64,000 nt of DNA from Eledone cirrhosa (GCA_964016885.1 OZ024757.1:9176001-9240000), one strand, 5' to 3'; positions 49,101 to 64,000 are shown, numbered from the stretch's first letter. The notes: a model not told the origin generated them from the sequence alone. Translations and numbers: made by a program.

Positions 49101-52100
49101 GAGTGTCCTCCACTTATGCAATACAACAGGGAATGTTGGTGTTGACCTCTAGTATTTCTGAGACACAGCATTACCTCAGGTGATAAGGAGTCTCTCACTA
49201 ATGCAATACAACAGGGAATGTTGGTGTTGACCTCTAGTATTTCTGAGACACAGCATTACCTCAGGTGATAGAGAGTCCTCCACTAATGCAATACAACAGG
49301 GAATGTTGGTGTTGACCTCTAGTATTTCTGAGACACAGCATTACCTCAGATGATAGAGAGTCTCTCACTAATGCAATACAAGAGGGAATGTTGGTGTTGA
49401 CCTCTAGTATTTCTGAGACAGCATTACCTCAGGTGATAAAGTCTCTCACTAATGTAATACAACAGGGAATGTTGGTGTTGACCTCTAGTATTTCTGAGAC
49501 ACAGCATTACCTCAGGTGATAGAGAGTCTCCCACTAATGCAATACAACAGGGAATGTTGGTGTTGACCTCTAACATATCAGAGATAAGACAGCATTACCT
49601 CAGATGATAGAGGGTCCTCCACTAATGCAACACAACAGGGAATGTTGGTGTTGACCTCTAGTATTTCTGAGACACAGCATTACCTCAGATGATAGAGAGT
49701 CTCCCACTAATGCAATACAACAGGGAATGTTGGTGTTGACCTCTAGTATTTCTGAGACACAGCATTACCTCAGATGATAGAGAGTCTCTCACTAATGCAA
49801 TACAAGAGGGAATGTTGGTGTTGACCTCTAGTATTTCTGAGACACAGCATTACCTCAGGTGATAAGGAGTCTCTCACTAATGCAATACAACAGGGAATGT
49901 TGGTGTTGACCTCTAGTATTTCTGAGACACAGCATTACCTCAGATGATAGAGAGTCTCTCACTAATGCAATGCAACAGGGAATGTTGGTGTTGACCTCTA
50001 GTATTTCTGAGACACAGCATTACCTCAGATGATAGTGTCCTCCACTAATGCAATACAACAGGGAATGTTGGTGTTGACCTCTAGTATTTCTGAGACACAG
50101 CATTACCTCAGGTGATAGAGAGTCCTCCACTAATGGAATACAACAGGGAATGTTGGTGTTGACCTCTAGTATTTCTGAGACACAGCATTACCTCAGGTGA
50201 TAGAGAGTCCTCCACTAATGCAATACAACAGGGAATGTTGGTGTTGACCTCTAGTATTTCTGAGACGCAGCATTACCTCAGATGATAGAGAGTCTCTCAC
50301 TAATGCAATACAACAGGGAATGTTGGTGTTGACCTCTAGTATTTCTGAGACACAGCATTACCTCAGATGATAGAGTGTCCTCCACTAATGCAATACAACA
50401 GGGAATGTTGGTGTTGACCTTTAGTATTTCTGAGACACAGCATTACCTCAGGTGATAAGGAGTCTCTCACTAATGCAATACAACAGGGAATGTTGGTGTT
50501 GACCTCTAGTATTTCTGAGACACAGCATTACCTCAGGTGATAGAGAGTCCTCCACTAATGCAATACAACAGGGAATGTTGGTGTTGACCTCTAGTATTTC
50601 TGAGACACAGCATTACCTCAGATGATAGAGAGTCTCTCACTAATGCAATACAAGAGGGAATGTTGGTGTTGACCTCTAGTATTTCTGAGACAGCATTACC
50701 TCAGGTGATAAAGTCTCTCACTAATGCAATACAACAGGGAATGTTGGTGTTGACCTCTAGTATTTCTGAGACACAGCAATACTTCAGGTGATAGAGAGTC
50801 TCTCACTAATGCAATACAACAGGGAATGTTGGTGTTGACCTCTAATATTTCTGAGACACAGCATTACCTCAGGTGATAGAGAGTCTCTCACTAATGCAAT
50901 ACAAGAGGGAATGTTGGTGTTGACCTCTAGTATTTCTGAGACACCGCATTACCTCAGGTGATAGAGTCTCTCACTAATGCAATACAACAGGGAATGTTGG
51001 TTTTGACCTCTAATATTTCTGAGATACAGCATTACCTCAGGTGATAGAGGGTCCTCCACTAATGTAATACAACAGGGAATGTTGGTGTTGACCTCTAGTA
51101 TTTCTGAGACACAGCATTACCTCAGGTGATAGAGAGTCTCTCACTAATGCAATACAAGAGGGAATGTTGGTGTTGACCTCCAGTATTTCTGAGACACAGC
51201 ATTACCTCAGGTGATAGAGGATCCTCCACTAATGCAATACAACAGGGAATGTTGGTGTTGACCTCTAGTATTTCTGAGACACAGCATTACCTGAGGTGAT
51301 AGAGAGTCTCTCACTAATGCAATACAACAGGGAATGTTGGTGTTGACCTCTAATATTTCTGAGACACAGCATTACCTCAGGTGATAGAGAGTCTCTCACT
51401 AATGCAATACAACAGGGAATGTTGGTTTTGACCTCTAGTATTTCTGAGACACCGCATTACCTCAGGTGATAGAGAGTCTCTCACTAATGCAATACAAGAG
51501 GGAATGTTGGTGTTGACCTCCAGTATTTCTGAGACACAGCATTACCTCAGATGATAGAGTCTCTCACTAATGCAATACAACAGGGAATGTTGGTTTTGAC
51601 CTCTAATATTTCTGAGACACAGCATTACCTCAGGTGATAGAGAGTCTCTCACTAATGCAATACAACAGGGAATGTTGGTTTTGACCTCTAGTATTTCTGA
51701 GACACCGCATTACCTCAGGTGATAGAGAGTCTCTCACTAATGCAATACAAGAGGGAATGTTGGTGTTGACCTCCAGTATTTCTGAGACACAGCATTACCT
51801 CAGGTGATAGAGTCTCTCACTAATGCAATACAACAGGGAATGTTGGTTTTGACCTCTAATATTTCTGAGACACAGCATTACCTCAGGTGATAGAGGGTCC
51901 TCCACTAATGTAATACAACAGGGAATGTTGGTGTTGACCTCTAGTATTTCTGACACACAGCATTACCTCAGGTGATAGAGAGTCTCTCACTAATGCAATA
52001 CAAGAGGGAATGCTGGTGTTAACCTCTAGTATTTCTGAGACACAGCATTACCTCAGGTGTTAGAGAGTCTCTCACTAATGCAATACAACAGGGAATGTTG

Positions 52101-55100
52101 GTGTTGACCTCTAGTATTTCTGAGACACAGCATTACCTCAGGTGATAGAGAATCTGTCACTAATGCAATACAACAGGGGATTTTGGTGTAGACCTCTAGT
52201 ATTTCTGAGACACAGCATTACCTCAGATGATAGAGTGTCCTCCACTAATGCAATACAACAGGGAATGTTGGTGTTGACCTCTAGTATTTCTGAGACACAG
52301 CATTACCTCAGGTGATAAGGAGTCTCTCACTAATGCAATACAACAGGGAATGTTGGTGTTGACCTCTAGTATTTCTGAGACACAGCATTACCTCAGGTGA
52401 TAGAGTCTCTCACTAATGCAATACAACAGGGAATGTTGGTTTTGACCTCTAATATTTCTGAGACACAGCATTACCTCAGGTGATAGAGGGTCCTCCACTA
52501 ATGTAATACAACAGGGAATGTTGGTGTTGACCTCTAGTATTTCTGACACACAGCATTACCTCAGGTGATAGAGAGTCTCTCACTAATGCAATACAAGAGG
52601 GAATGCTGGTGTTAACCTCTAGTATTTCTGAGACACAGCATTACCTCAGGTGATAGAGAGTCTCTCACTAATGCAATACAACAGGGAATGTTGGTGTTGA
52701 CCTCTAGTATTTCTGAGACACAGCATTACCTCAGGTGATAGAGAATCTGTCACTAATGCAATACAACAGGGGATTTTGGTGTAGACCTCTAGTATTTCTG
52801 AGACACAGCATTACCTCAGATGATAGAGTGTCCTCCACTAATGCAATACAACAGGGAATGTTGGTGTTGACCTCTAGTATTTCTGAGACACAGCATTACC
52901 TCAGGTGATAAGGAGTCTCTCACTAATGCAATACAACAGGGAATGTTGGTGTTGACCTCTAGTATTTCTGAGACACAGCATTACCTCAGGTGATAGAGAG
53001 TCCTCCACTAATGCAATACAACAGGGAATGTTGGTGTTGACCTCTAGTATTTCTGAGACACAGCATTACCTCAGATGATAGAGAGTCTCTCACTAATGCA
53101 ATACAAGAGGGAATGTTGGTGTTGACCTCTAGTATTTCTGAGACAGCATTACCTCAGGTGATAAAGTCTCTCACTAATGCAATACAACAGGGAATGTTGG
53201 TGTTGACCTCTAGTATTTCTGAGACACAGCATTACTTCAGGTGATAGAGAGTCTCTCACTAATGCAATACAACAGGGAATGTTGGTGTTGACCTCTAATA
53301 TTTCTGAGACACAGCATTACCTCAGGTGATAGAGAGTCTCTCACTAATGCAATACAAGAGGGAATGTTGGTGTTGACCTCTAGTATTTCTGAGACACCGC
53401 ATTACCTCAGGTGATAGAGTCTCTCACTAATGCAATACAACAGGGAATGTTGGTTTTGACCTCTAATATTTCTGAGATACAGCATTACCTCAGGTGATAG
53501 AGGGTCCTCCACTAATGTAATACAACAGGGAATGTTGGTGTTGACCTCTAGTATTTCTGAGACACAGCATTACCTCAGGTGATAGAGAGTCTCTCACTAA
53601 TGCAATACAAGAGGGAATGTTGGTGTTGACCTCCAGTATTTCTGAGACACAGCATTACCTCAGGTGATAGAGGATCCTCCACTAATGCAATACAACAGGG
53701 AATGTTGGTGTTGACCTCTAGTATTTCTGAGACACAGCATTACCTGAGGTGATAGAGAGTCTCTCACTAATGCAATACAACAGGGAATGTTGGTGTTGAC
53801 CTCTAATATTTCTGAGACACAGCATTACCTCAGGTGATAGAGAGTCTCTCACTAATGCAATACAACAGGGAATGTTGGTTTTGACCTCTAGTATTTCTGA
53901 GACACCGCATTACCTCAGGTGATAGAGAGTCTCTCACTAATGCAATACAAGAGGGAATGTTGGTGTTGACCTCCAGTATTTCTGAGACACAGCATTACCT
54001 CAGATGATAGAGTCTCTCACTAATGCAATACAACAGGGAATGTTGGTTTTGACCTCTAATATTTCTGAGACACAGCATTACCTCAGGTGATAGAGGGTCC
54101 TCCACTAATGTAATACAACAGGGAATGTTGGTGTTGACCTCTAGTATTTCTGAGACACAGCATTACCTCAGATGATAGAGAGTCTCTCACTAATGCAATA
54201 CAAGAGGGAATGTTGGTGTTGACCTCTAGTATTTCTGAGACACAGCATTACCTCAGGTGATAAGGAGTCTCTCACTAATGCAATACAACAGGGAATGTTG
54301 GTGTTGACCTCTAGTATTTCTGAGACACAGCATTACCTCAGATGATAGAGAGTCTCTCACTAATGCAATGCAACAGGGAATGTTGGTGTTGACCTCTAGT
54401 ATTTCTGAGACACAGCATTACCTCAGATGATAGTGTCCTCCACTAATGCAATACAACAGGGAATGTTGGTGTTGACCTCTAGTATTTCTGAGACACAGCA
54501 TTACCTCAGGTGATAGAGAGTCCTCCACTAATGGAATACAACAGGGAATGTTGGTGTTGACCTCTAGTATTTCTGAGACACAGCATTACCTCAGGTGATA
54601 GAGAGTCCTCCACTAATGCAATACAACAGGGAATGTTGGTGTTGACCTCTAGTATTTCTGAGACGCAGCATTACCTCAGATGATAGAGAGTCTCTCACTA
54701 ATGCAATACAACAGGGAATGTTGGTGTTGACCTCTAGTATTTCTGAGACACAGCATTACCTCAGATGATAGAGTGTCCTCCACTAATGCAATACAACAGG
54801 GAATGTTGGTGTTGACCTTTAGTATTTCTGAGACACAGCATTACCTCAGGTGATAAGGAGTCTCTCACTAATGCAATACAACAGGGAATGTTGGTGTTGA
54901 CCTCTAGTATTTCTGAGACACAGCATTACCTCAGGTGATAGAGAGTCCTCCACTAATGCAATACAACAGGGAATGTTGGTGTTGACCTCTAGTATTTCTG
55001 AGACACAGCATTACCTCAGATGATAGAGAGTCTCTCACTAATGCAATACAAGAGGGAATGTTGGTGTTGACCTCTAGTATTTCTGAGACAGCATTACCTC

Positions 55101-58100
55101 AGGTGATAAAGTCTCTCACTAATGCAATACAACAGGGAATGTTGGTGTTGACCTCTAGTATTTCTGAGACACAGCAATACTTCAGGTGATAGAGAGTCTC
55201 TCACTAATGCAATACAACAGGGAATGTTGGTGTTGACCTCTAATATTTCTGAGACACAGCATTACCTCAGGTGATAGAGAGTCTCTCACTAATGCAATAC
55301 AAGAGGGAATGTTGGTGTTGACCTCTAGTATTTCTGAGACACCGCATTACCTCAGGTGATAGAGTCTCTCACTAATGCAATACAACAGGGAATGTTGGTT
55401 TTGACCTCTAATATTTCTGAGATACAGCATTACCTCAGGTGATAGAGGGTCCTCCACTAATGTAATACAACAGGGAATGTTGGTGTTGACCTCTAGTATT
55501 TCTGAGACACAGCATTACCTCAGGTGATAGAGAGTCTCTCACTAATGCAATACAAGAGGGAATGTTGGTGTTGACCTCCAGTATTTCTGAGACACAGCAT
55601 TACCTCAGGTGATAGAGGATCCTCCACTAATGCAATACAACAGGGAATGTTGGTGTTGACCTCTAGTATTTCTGAGACACAGCATTACCTGAGGTGATAG
55701 AGAGTCTCTCACTAATGCAATACAACAGGGAATGTTGGTGTTGACCTCTAATATTTCTGAGACACAGCATTACCTCAGGTGATAGAGAGTCTCTCACTAA
55801 TGCAATACAACAGGGAATGTTGGTTTTGACCTCTAGTATTTCTGAGACACCGCATTACCTCAGGTGATAGAGAGTCTCTCACTAATGCAATACAAGAGGG
55901 AATGTTGGTGTTGACCTCCAGTATTTCTGAGACACAGCATTACCTCAGATGATAGAGTCTCTCACTAATGCAATACAACAGGGAATGTTGGTTTTGACCT
56001 CTAATATTTCTGAGACACAGCATTACCTCAGGTGATAGAGAGTCTCTCACTAATGCAATACAACAGGGAATGTTGGTTTTGACCTCTAGTATTTCTGAGA
56101 CACCGCATTACCTCAGGTGATAGAGAGTCTCTCACTAATGCAATACAAGAGGGAATGTTGGTGTTGACCTCCAGTATTTCTGAGACACAGCATTACCTCA
56201 GGTGATAGAGTCTCTCACTAATGCAATACAACAGGGAATGTTGGTTTTGACCTCTAATATTTCTGAGACACAGCATTACCTCAGGTGATAGAGGGTCCTC
56301 CACTAATGTAATACAACAGGGAATGTTGGTGTTGACCTCTAGTATTTCTGACACACAGCATTACCTCAGGTGATAGAGAGTCTCTCACTAATGCAATACA
56401 AGAGGGAATGCTGGTGTTAACCTCTAGTATTTCTGAGACACAGCATTACCTCAGGTGTTAGAGAGTCTCTCACTAATGCAATACAACAGGGAATGTTGGT
56501 GTTGACCTCTAGTATTTCTGAGACACAGCATTACCTCAGGTGATAGAGAATCTGTCACTAATGCAATACAACAGGGGATTTTGGTGTAGACCTCTAGTAT
56601 TTCTGAGACACAGCATTACCTCAGATGATAGAGTGTCCTCCACTAATGCAATACAACAGGGAATGTTGGTGTTGACCTCTAGTATTTCTGAGACACAGCA
56701 TTACCTCAGGTGATAAGGAGTCTCTCACTAATGCAATACAACAGGGAATGTTGGTGTTGACCTCTAGTATTTCTGAGACACAGCATTACCTCAGGTGATA
56801 GAGTCTCTCACTAATGCAATACAACAGGGAATGTTGGTTTTGACCTCTAATATTTCTGAGACACAGCATTACCTCAGGTGATAGAGGGTCCTCCACTAAT
56901 GTAATACAACAGGGAATGTTGGTGTTGACCTCTAGTATTTCTGACACACAGCATTACCTCAGGTGATAGAGAGTCTCTCACTAATGCAATACAAGAGGGA
57001 ATGCTGGTGTTAACCTCTAGTATTTCTGAGACACAGCATTACCTCAGGTGATAGAGAGTCTCTCACTAATGCAATACAACAGGGAATGTTGGTGTTGACC
57101 TCTAGTATTTCTGAGACACAGCATTACCTCAGGTGATAGAGAATCTGTCACTAATGCAATACAACAGGGGATTTTGGTGTAGACCTCTAGTATTTCTGAG
57201 ACACAGCATTACCTCAGATGATAGAGTGTCCTCCACTAATGCAATACAACAGGGAATGTTGGTGTTGACCTCTAGTATTTCTGAGACACAGCATTACCTC
57301 AGGTGATAAGGAGTCTCTCACTAATGCAATACAACAGGGAATGTTGGTGTTGACCTCTAGTATTTCTGAGACACAGCATTACCTCAGGTGATAGAGAGTC
57401 CTCCACTAATGCAATACAACAGGGAATGTTGGTGTTGACCTCTAGTATTTCTGAGACACAGCATTACCTCAGATGATAGAGAGTCTCTCACTAATGCAAT
57501 ACAAGAGGGAATGTTGGTGTTGACCTCTAGTATTTCTGAGACAGCATTACCTCAGGTGATAAAGTCTCTCACTAATGCAATACAACAGGGAATGTTGGTG
57601 TTGACCTCTAGTATTTCTGAGACACAGCATTACTTCAGGTGATAGAGAGTCTCTCACTAATGCAATACAACAGGGAATGTTGGTGTTGACCTCTAATATT
57701 TCTGAGACACAGCATTACCTCAGGTGATAGAGAGTCTCTCACTAATGCAATACAAGAGGGAATGTTGGTGTTGACCTCTAGTATTTCTGAGACACCGCAT
57801 TACCTCAGGTGATAGAGTCTCTCACTAATGCAATACAACAGGGAATGTTGGTTTTGACCTCTAATATTTCTGAGATACAGCATTACCTCAGGTGATAGAG
57901 GGTCCTCCACTAATGTAATACAACAGGGAATGTTGGTGTTGACCTCTAGTATTTCTGAGACACAGCATTACCTCAGGTGATAGAGAGTCTCTCACTAATG
58001 CAATACAAGAGGGAATGTTGGTGTTGACCTCCAGTATTTCTGAGACACAGCATTACCTCAGGTGATAGAGGATCCTCCACTAATGCAATACAACAGGGAA

Positions 58101-61100
58101 TGTTGGTGTTGACCTCTAGTATTTCTGAGACACAGCATTACCTGAGGTGATAGAGAGTCTCTCACTAATGCAATACAACAGGGAATGTTGGTGTTGACCT
58201 CTAATATTTCTGAGACACAGCATTACCTCAGGTGATAGAGAGTCTCTCACTAATGCAATACAACAGGGAATGTTGGTTTTGACCTCTAGTATTTCTGAGA
58301 CACCGCATTACCTCAGGTGATAGAGAGTCTCTCACTAATGCAATACAAGAGGGAATGTTGGTGTTGACCTCCAGTATTTCTGAGACACAGCATTACCTCA
58401 GATGATAGAGTCTCTCACTAATGCAATACAACAGGGAATGTTGGTTTTGACCTCTAATATTTCTGAGACACAGCATTACCTCAGGTGATAGAGGGTCCTC
58501 CACTAATGTAATACAACAGGGAATGTTGGTGTTGACCTCTAGTATTTCTGACACACAGCATTACCTCAGGTGATAGAGAGTCTCTCACTAATGCAATACA
58601 AGAGGGAATGTTGGTGTTGACCTCCAGTATTTCTGAGACACAGCATTACCTCAGGTGATACAGGGTCCTCCACTAATGCAATACAACAGGGAATGTTGGT
58701 GTTGACCTCTAGTATTTCTGAGACACAGCATTACCTCAGGTGATAGAGAGTCTCTCACTAATGCAATACAACAGGGAATGTTGGTGTTGACCTCTAATAT
58801 TTCTGAGACACAGCATTACCTCAGGTGATAGAGAGTCTCTCACTAATGCAATACAACAGGGAATGTTGGTTTTGACCTCTAGTATTTCTGAGACACCGCA
58901 TTACCTCAGGTGATAGAGAGTCTCTCACTAATGCAATCCAAGAGGGAATGTTGGTGTTGACCTCCAGTATTTCTGAGACACAGCATTACCTCAGGTGATA
59001 GAGTCTCTCACTAATGCAATACAACAGGGAATGTTGGTTTTGACCTCTAATATTTCTGAGACACAGCATTACCTCAGGTGATAGAGGGTCCTCCACTAAT
59101 GTAATACAACAGGGAATGTTGGTGTTGACCTCTAGTATTTCTGACACACAGCATTACCTCAGGTGATAGAGAGTCTCTCACTAATGCAATACAAGAGGGA
59201 ATGTTGGTGTTGACCTCTAGTATTTCTGAGACACAGCATTACCTCAGGTGATAGAGAGTCTCTCACTAATGCAATACAACAGGGAATGTTGGTGTTGACC
59301 TCTAGTATTTCTGAGACACAGCATTACCTCAGGTGATAGAGAATCTGTCACTAATGCAATACAACAGGGGATTTTGGTGTAGACCTCTAGTATTTCTGAG
59401 ACACAGCATTACCTCAGATGATAGAGTGTCCTCCACTAATGCAATACAACAGGGAATGTTGGTGTTGACCTCTAGTATTTCTGAGACACAGCATTACCTC
59501 AGGTGATAAGGAGTCTCTCACTAATGCAATACAACAGGGAATGTTGGTGTTGACCTCTAGTATTTCTGAGACACAGCATTACCTCAGGTGATAGAGTCTC
59601 TCACTAATGCAATACAACAGGGAATGTTGGTTTTGACCTCTAATATTTCTGAGACACAGCATTACCTCAGGTGATAGAGGGTCCTCCACTAATGTAATAC
59701 AACAGGGAATGTTGGTGTTGACCTCTAGTATTTCTGACACACAGCATTACCTCAGGTGATAGAGAGTCTCTCACTAATGCAATACAAGAGGGAATGCTGG
59801 TGTTAACCTCTAGTATTTCTGAGACACAGCATTACCTCAGGTGATAGAGAGTCTCTCACTAATGCAATACAACAGGGAATGTTGGTGTTGACCTCTAGTA
59901 TTTCTGAGACACAGCATTACCTCAGGTGATAGAGAATCTGTCACTAATGCAATACAACAGGGGATTTTGGTGTAGACCTCTAGTATTTCTGAGACACAGC
60001 ATTACCTCAGATGATAGAGTGTCCTCCACTAATGCAATACAACAGGGAATGTTGGTGTTGACCTCTAGTATTTCTGAGACACAGCATTACCTCAGGTGAT
60101 AAGGAGTCTCTCACTAATGCAATACAACAGGGAATGTTGGTGTTGACCTCTAGTATTTCTGAGACACAGCATTACCTCAGGTGATAGAGAGTCCTCCACT
60201 AATGCAATACAACAGGGAATGTTGGTGTTGACCTCTAGTATTTCTGAGACACAGCATTACCTCAGATGATAGAGAGTCTCTCACTAATGCAATACAAGAG
60301 GGAATGTTGGTGTTGACCTCTAGTATTTCTGAGACAGCATTACCTCAGGTGATAAAGTCTCTCACTAATGCAATACAACAGGGAATGTTGGTGTTGACCT
60401 CTAGTATTTCTGAGACACAGCATTACTTCAGGTGATAGAGAGTCTCTCACTAATGCAATACAACAGGGAATGTTGGTGTTGACCTCTAATATTTCTGAGA
60501 CACAGCATTACCTCAGGTGATAGAGAGTCTCTCACTAATGCAATACAAGAGGGAATGTTGGTGTTGACCTCTAGTATTTCTGAGACACCGCATTACCTCA
60601 GGTGATAGAGTCTCTCACTAATGCAATACAACAGGGAATGTTGGTTTTGACCTCTAATATTTCTGAGATACAGCATTACCTCAGGTGATAGAGGGTCCTC
60701 CACTAATGTAATACAACAGGGAATGTTGGTGTTGACCTCTAGTATTTCTGAGACACAGCATTACCTCAGGTGATAGAGAGTCTCTCACTAATGCAATACA
60801 AGAGGGAATGTTGGTGTTGACCTCCAGTATTTCTGAGACACAGCATTACCTCAGGTGATAGAGGATCCTCCACTAATGCAATACAACAGGGAATGTTGGT
60901 GTTGACCTCTAGTATTTCTGAGACACAGCATTACCTGAGGTGATAGAGAGTCTCTCACTAATGCAATACAACAGGGAATGTTGGTGTTGACCTCTAATAT
61001 TTCTGAGACACAGCATTACCTCAGGTGATAGAGAGTCTCTCACTAATGCAATACAACAGGGAATGTTGGTTTTGACCTCTAGTATTTCTGAGACACCGCA

Positions 61101-64000
61101 TTACCTCAGGTGATAGAGAGTCTCTCACTAATGCAATACAAGAGGGAATGTTGGTGTTGACCTCCAGTATTTCTGAGACACAGCATTACCTCAGATGATA
61201 GAGTCTCTCACTAATGCAATACAACAGGGAATGTTGGTTTTGACCTCTAATATTTCTGAGACACAGCATTACCTCAGGTGATAGAGGGTCCTCCACTAAT
61301 GTAATACAACAGGGAATGTTGGTGTTGACCTCTAGTATTTCTGACACACAGCATTACCTCAGGTGATAGAGAGTCTCTCACTAATGCAATACAAGAGGGA
61401 ATGTTGGTGTTGACCTCCAGTATTTCTGAGACACAGCATTACCTCAGGTGATACAGGGTCCTCCACTAATGCAATACAACAGGGAATGTTGGTGTTGACC
61501 TCTAGTATTTCTGAGACACAGCATTACCTCAGGTGATAGAGAGTCTCTCACTAATGCAATACAACAGGGAATGTTGGTGTTGACCTCTAATATTTCTGAG
61601 ACACAGCATTACCTCAGGTGATAGAGAGTCTCTCACTAATGCAATACAACAGGGAATGTTGGTTTTGACCTCTAGTATTTCTGAGACACCGCATTACCTC
61701 AGGTGATAGAGAGTCTCTCACTAATGCAATCCAAGAGGGAATGTTGGTGTTGACCTCCAGTATTTCTGAGACACAGCATTACCTCAGGTGATAGAGTCTC
61801 TCACTAATGCAATACAACAGGGAATGTTGGTTTTGACCTCTAATATTTCTGAGACACAGCATTACCTCAGGTGATAGAGGGTCCTCCACTAATGTAATAC
61901 AACAGGGAATGTTGGTGTTGACCTCTAGTATTTCTGACACACAGCATTACCTCAGGTGATAGAGAGTCTCTCACTAATGCAATACAAGAGGGAATGTTGG
62001 TGTTGACCTCTAGTATTTCTGAGACACAGCATTACCTCAGGTGATAGAGAGTCTCTCACTAATGCAATACAACAGGGAATGTTGGTGTTGACCTCTAGTA
62101 TTTCTGAGACACAGCATTACCTCAGGTGATAGAGAATCTGTCACTAATGCAATACAACAGGGGATTTTGGTGTAGACCTCTAGTATTTCTGAGACACAGC
62201 ATTACCTCAGGTGATAGAGGGTCCTCAACTAATGTAATACAACAGGGAATGTTGGTGTTGACCTCTAGTATTTCTGAGACACAGCATTACCTCAGGTGAT
62301 AGAGAGTCTCCCACTAATGCAATACAACAGGGAATGTTGGTGTTGACCTCTAGTATTTCTGAGACACAGCATTACCTCAGGTGATAGAGAGTCTCTCACT
62401 AATGCAATACAACAGGGAATGTTGGTGTTGACCTCCAGTATTTCTGAGACACAGCATTACCTCAGGTGATAGAGAGTCTCTCACTAATGCAATACAACAG
62501 GGAATGTTGGTGTTGACCTCTAATATTTCTGAGACACAGCATTACCTCAGGTGATAGAGAGTCTCTCACTAATGCAATACAACAGGGAATGTTGGTTTTG
62601 ACCTCTAGTATTTCTGAGACACCGCATTACCTCAGGTGATAGAGGGTCCTCCACTAATGCAATACAACAGGGAATGTTGGTGTTGACCTCTAGTATTTCT
62701 GAGACACAGCATTACATCAGGTGATAGAGGGTCCTCCACTAATGCAATACAACAGGGAATGTTGGTGCTGACCTCTAGTATTTCTGAGACACCGCATTAC
62801 CTCAGGTGATAGAGGGTCCTCCACTAATGCAATACAACAGGGAATGTTGGTGTTTACCTCTAATATTTCTGAGACACAGCCTTACCTCAGGTGATAGAGA
62901 GTCTCTCACTAATGCAATACAACAGGGAATGTTGGTGTTGACCTCTAACATATCAGAGATAAGACAGCATTACCTCAGATGATAGAGGGTCCTCCACTAA
63001 TGCAATACAACAGGGAATGTAGGAGTTGACCTCTAGTATTTCTGAGACACAGCATTACCTCAGATGATAGAGAGTCTCCCACTAATGCAATACAACAGGG
63101 AATGTTGGTGTTGACCTCTAGTATTTCTGAGACACAGCATTACCTCAGATGATAGAGAGTCTCTCACTAATGCAATACAAGAGGGAATGTTGGTGTTGAC
63201 CTCTAGTATTTCTGAGACAGCATTACCTCAGGTGATAAGGAGTCTCTCACTAATGCAATACAACAGGGAATGTTGGTGTTGACCTCTAGTATTTCTGAGA
63301 CACAGCATTACCTCAGATGATAGAGAGTCTCTCACTAATGCAATGCAACAGGGAATGTTGGTGTTGACCTCTAGTATTTCTGAGACACAGCATTACCTCA
63401 GATGATAGTGTCCTCCACTAATGCAATACAACAGGGAATGTTGGTGTTGACCTCTAGTATTTCTGAGACACAGCATTACCTCAGGTGATAGAGAGTCCTC
63501 CACTAATGGAATACAACAGGGAATGTTGGTGTTGACCTCTAGTATTTCTGAGACACAGCATTACCTCAGGTGATAGAGAGTCCTCCACTAATGCAATACA
63601 ACAGGGAATGTTGGTGTTGACCTCTAGTATTTCTGAGACGCAGCATTACCTCAGATGATAGAGAGTCTCTCACTAATGCAATACAACAGGGAATGTTGGT
63701 GTTGACCTCTAGTATTTCTGAGACACAGCATTACCTCAGGTGATAGAGGGTCCTCCACTAATGTAATACAACAGGGAATGTTGGTGTTGACCTCTAGTAT
63801 TTCTGACACACAGCATTACCTCAGGTGATAGAGAGTCTCTCACTAATGCAATACAAGAGGGAATGTTGGTGTTGACCTCTAGTATTTCTGAGACACAGCA
63901 TTACCTCAGGTGATAGAGAGTCTCTCACTAATGCAATACAACAGGGAATGTTGGTGTTGACCTCTAGTATTTCTGAGACACAGCATTACCTCAGGTGATA
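16174..64000. repeat. 85-bp tandem satellite array, about 560 monomers, continuing beyond the window
   Basis: Consensus GGGAATGTTGGTGTTGACCTCTAGTATTTCTGAGACACAGCATTACCTCAGGTGATAGAGAGTCTCTCACTAATGCAATACAACA. Period is 85 (for example starts at 17531 and 17616), with 81-, 83- and 88-bp variants. Head-to-tail throughout, and I saw no insertions or inversions. Confidence 0.99.

Noticed and set aside
16174-64000. CRISPR array (constant repeat with a variable segment)
   Set aside because: The variable part is a small recurring set of point and indel alleles, not unique spacers. There are no cas genes and the context is eukaryotic.
16174-64000. Hammerhead ribozyme in the satellite (minus strand CTGAGGT...GAAA), as in newt or schistosome satellites
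   Set aside because: The core is CUGAGGU rather than CUGANGA, no stem II forms before GAAA, and stem I is not contiguous with a cleavage triplet.
16174-64000. Repetitive protein-coding exon
   Set aside because: The period of 85 is not a multiple of 3, stops are frequent, 2-bp indels are common, and the ORF track shows nothing here.

Overview
Eukaryotic, repeat-only window with no supportable host protein-coding gene. The SINE type, (TA)n-rich background and (CAT)n-tailed RTE LINEs point to an octopus/cephalopod genome (inference from recalled repeat families, not a database result). Bases 1-16170 are a retroelement cluster. It holds four RTE-clade LINE copies (APE endonuclease, RT, and a PHD finger inside the RT), one of which spans the whole ORF with a single nonsense codon. 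It also holds three short RTE 3'-end fragments, a 637-bp internally deleted RTE derivative with a 13-bp TSD and a structured 5' end, tRNA-derived SINEs, a ~1-kb local duplication, a TA-rich minisatellite that hosts several insertions, and a 117-bp fold-back palindrome. All RTE copies lie on the minus strand. Bases 16174-64000 are one uninterrupted ~48-kb satellite of 85-bp monomers (about 560 copies) with dyad symmetry and nested higher-order repeats, running off the window end.
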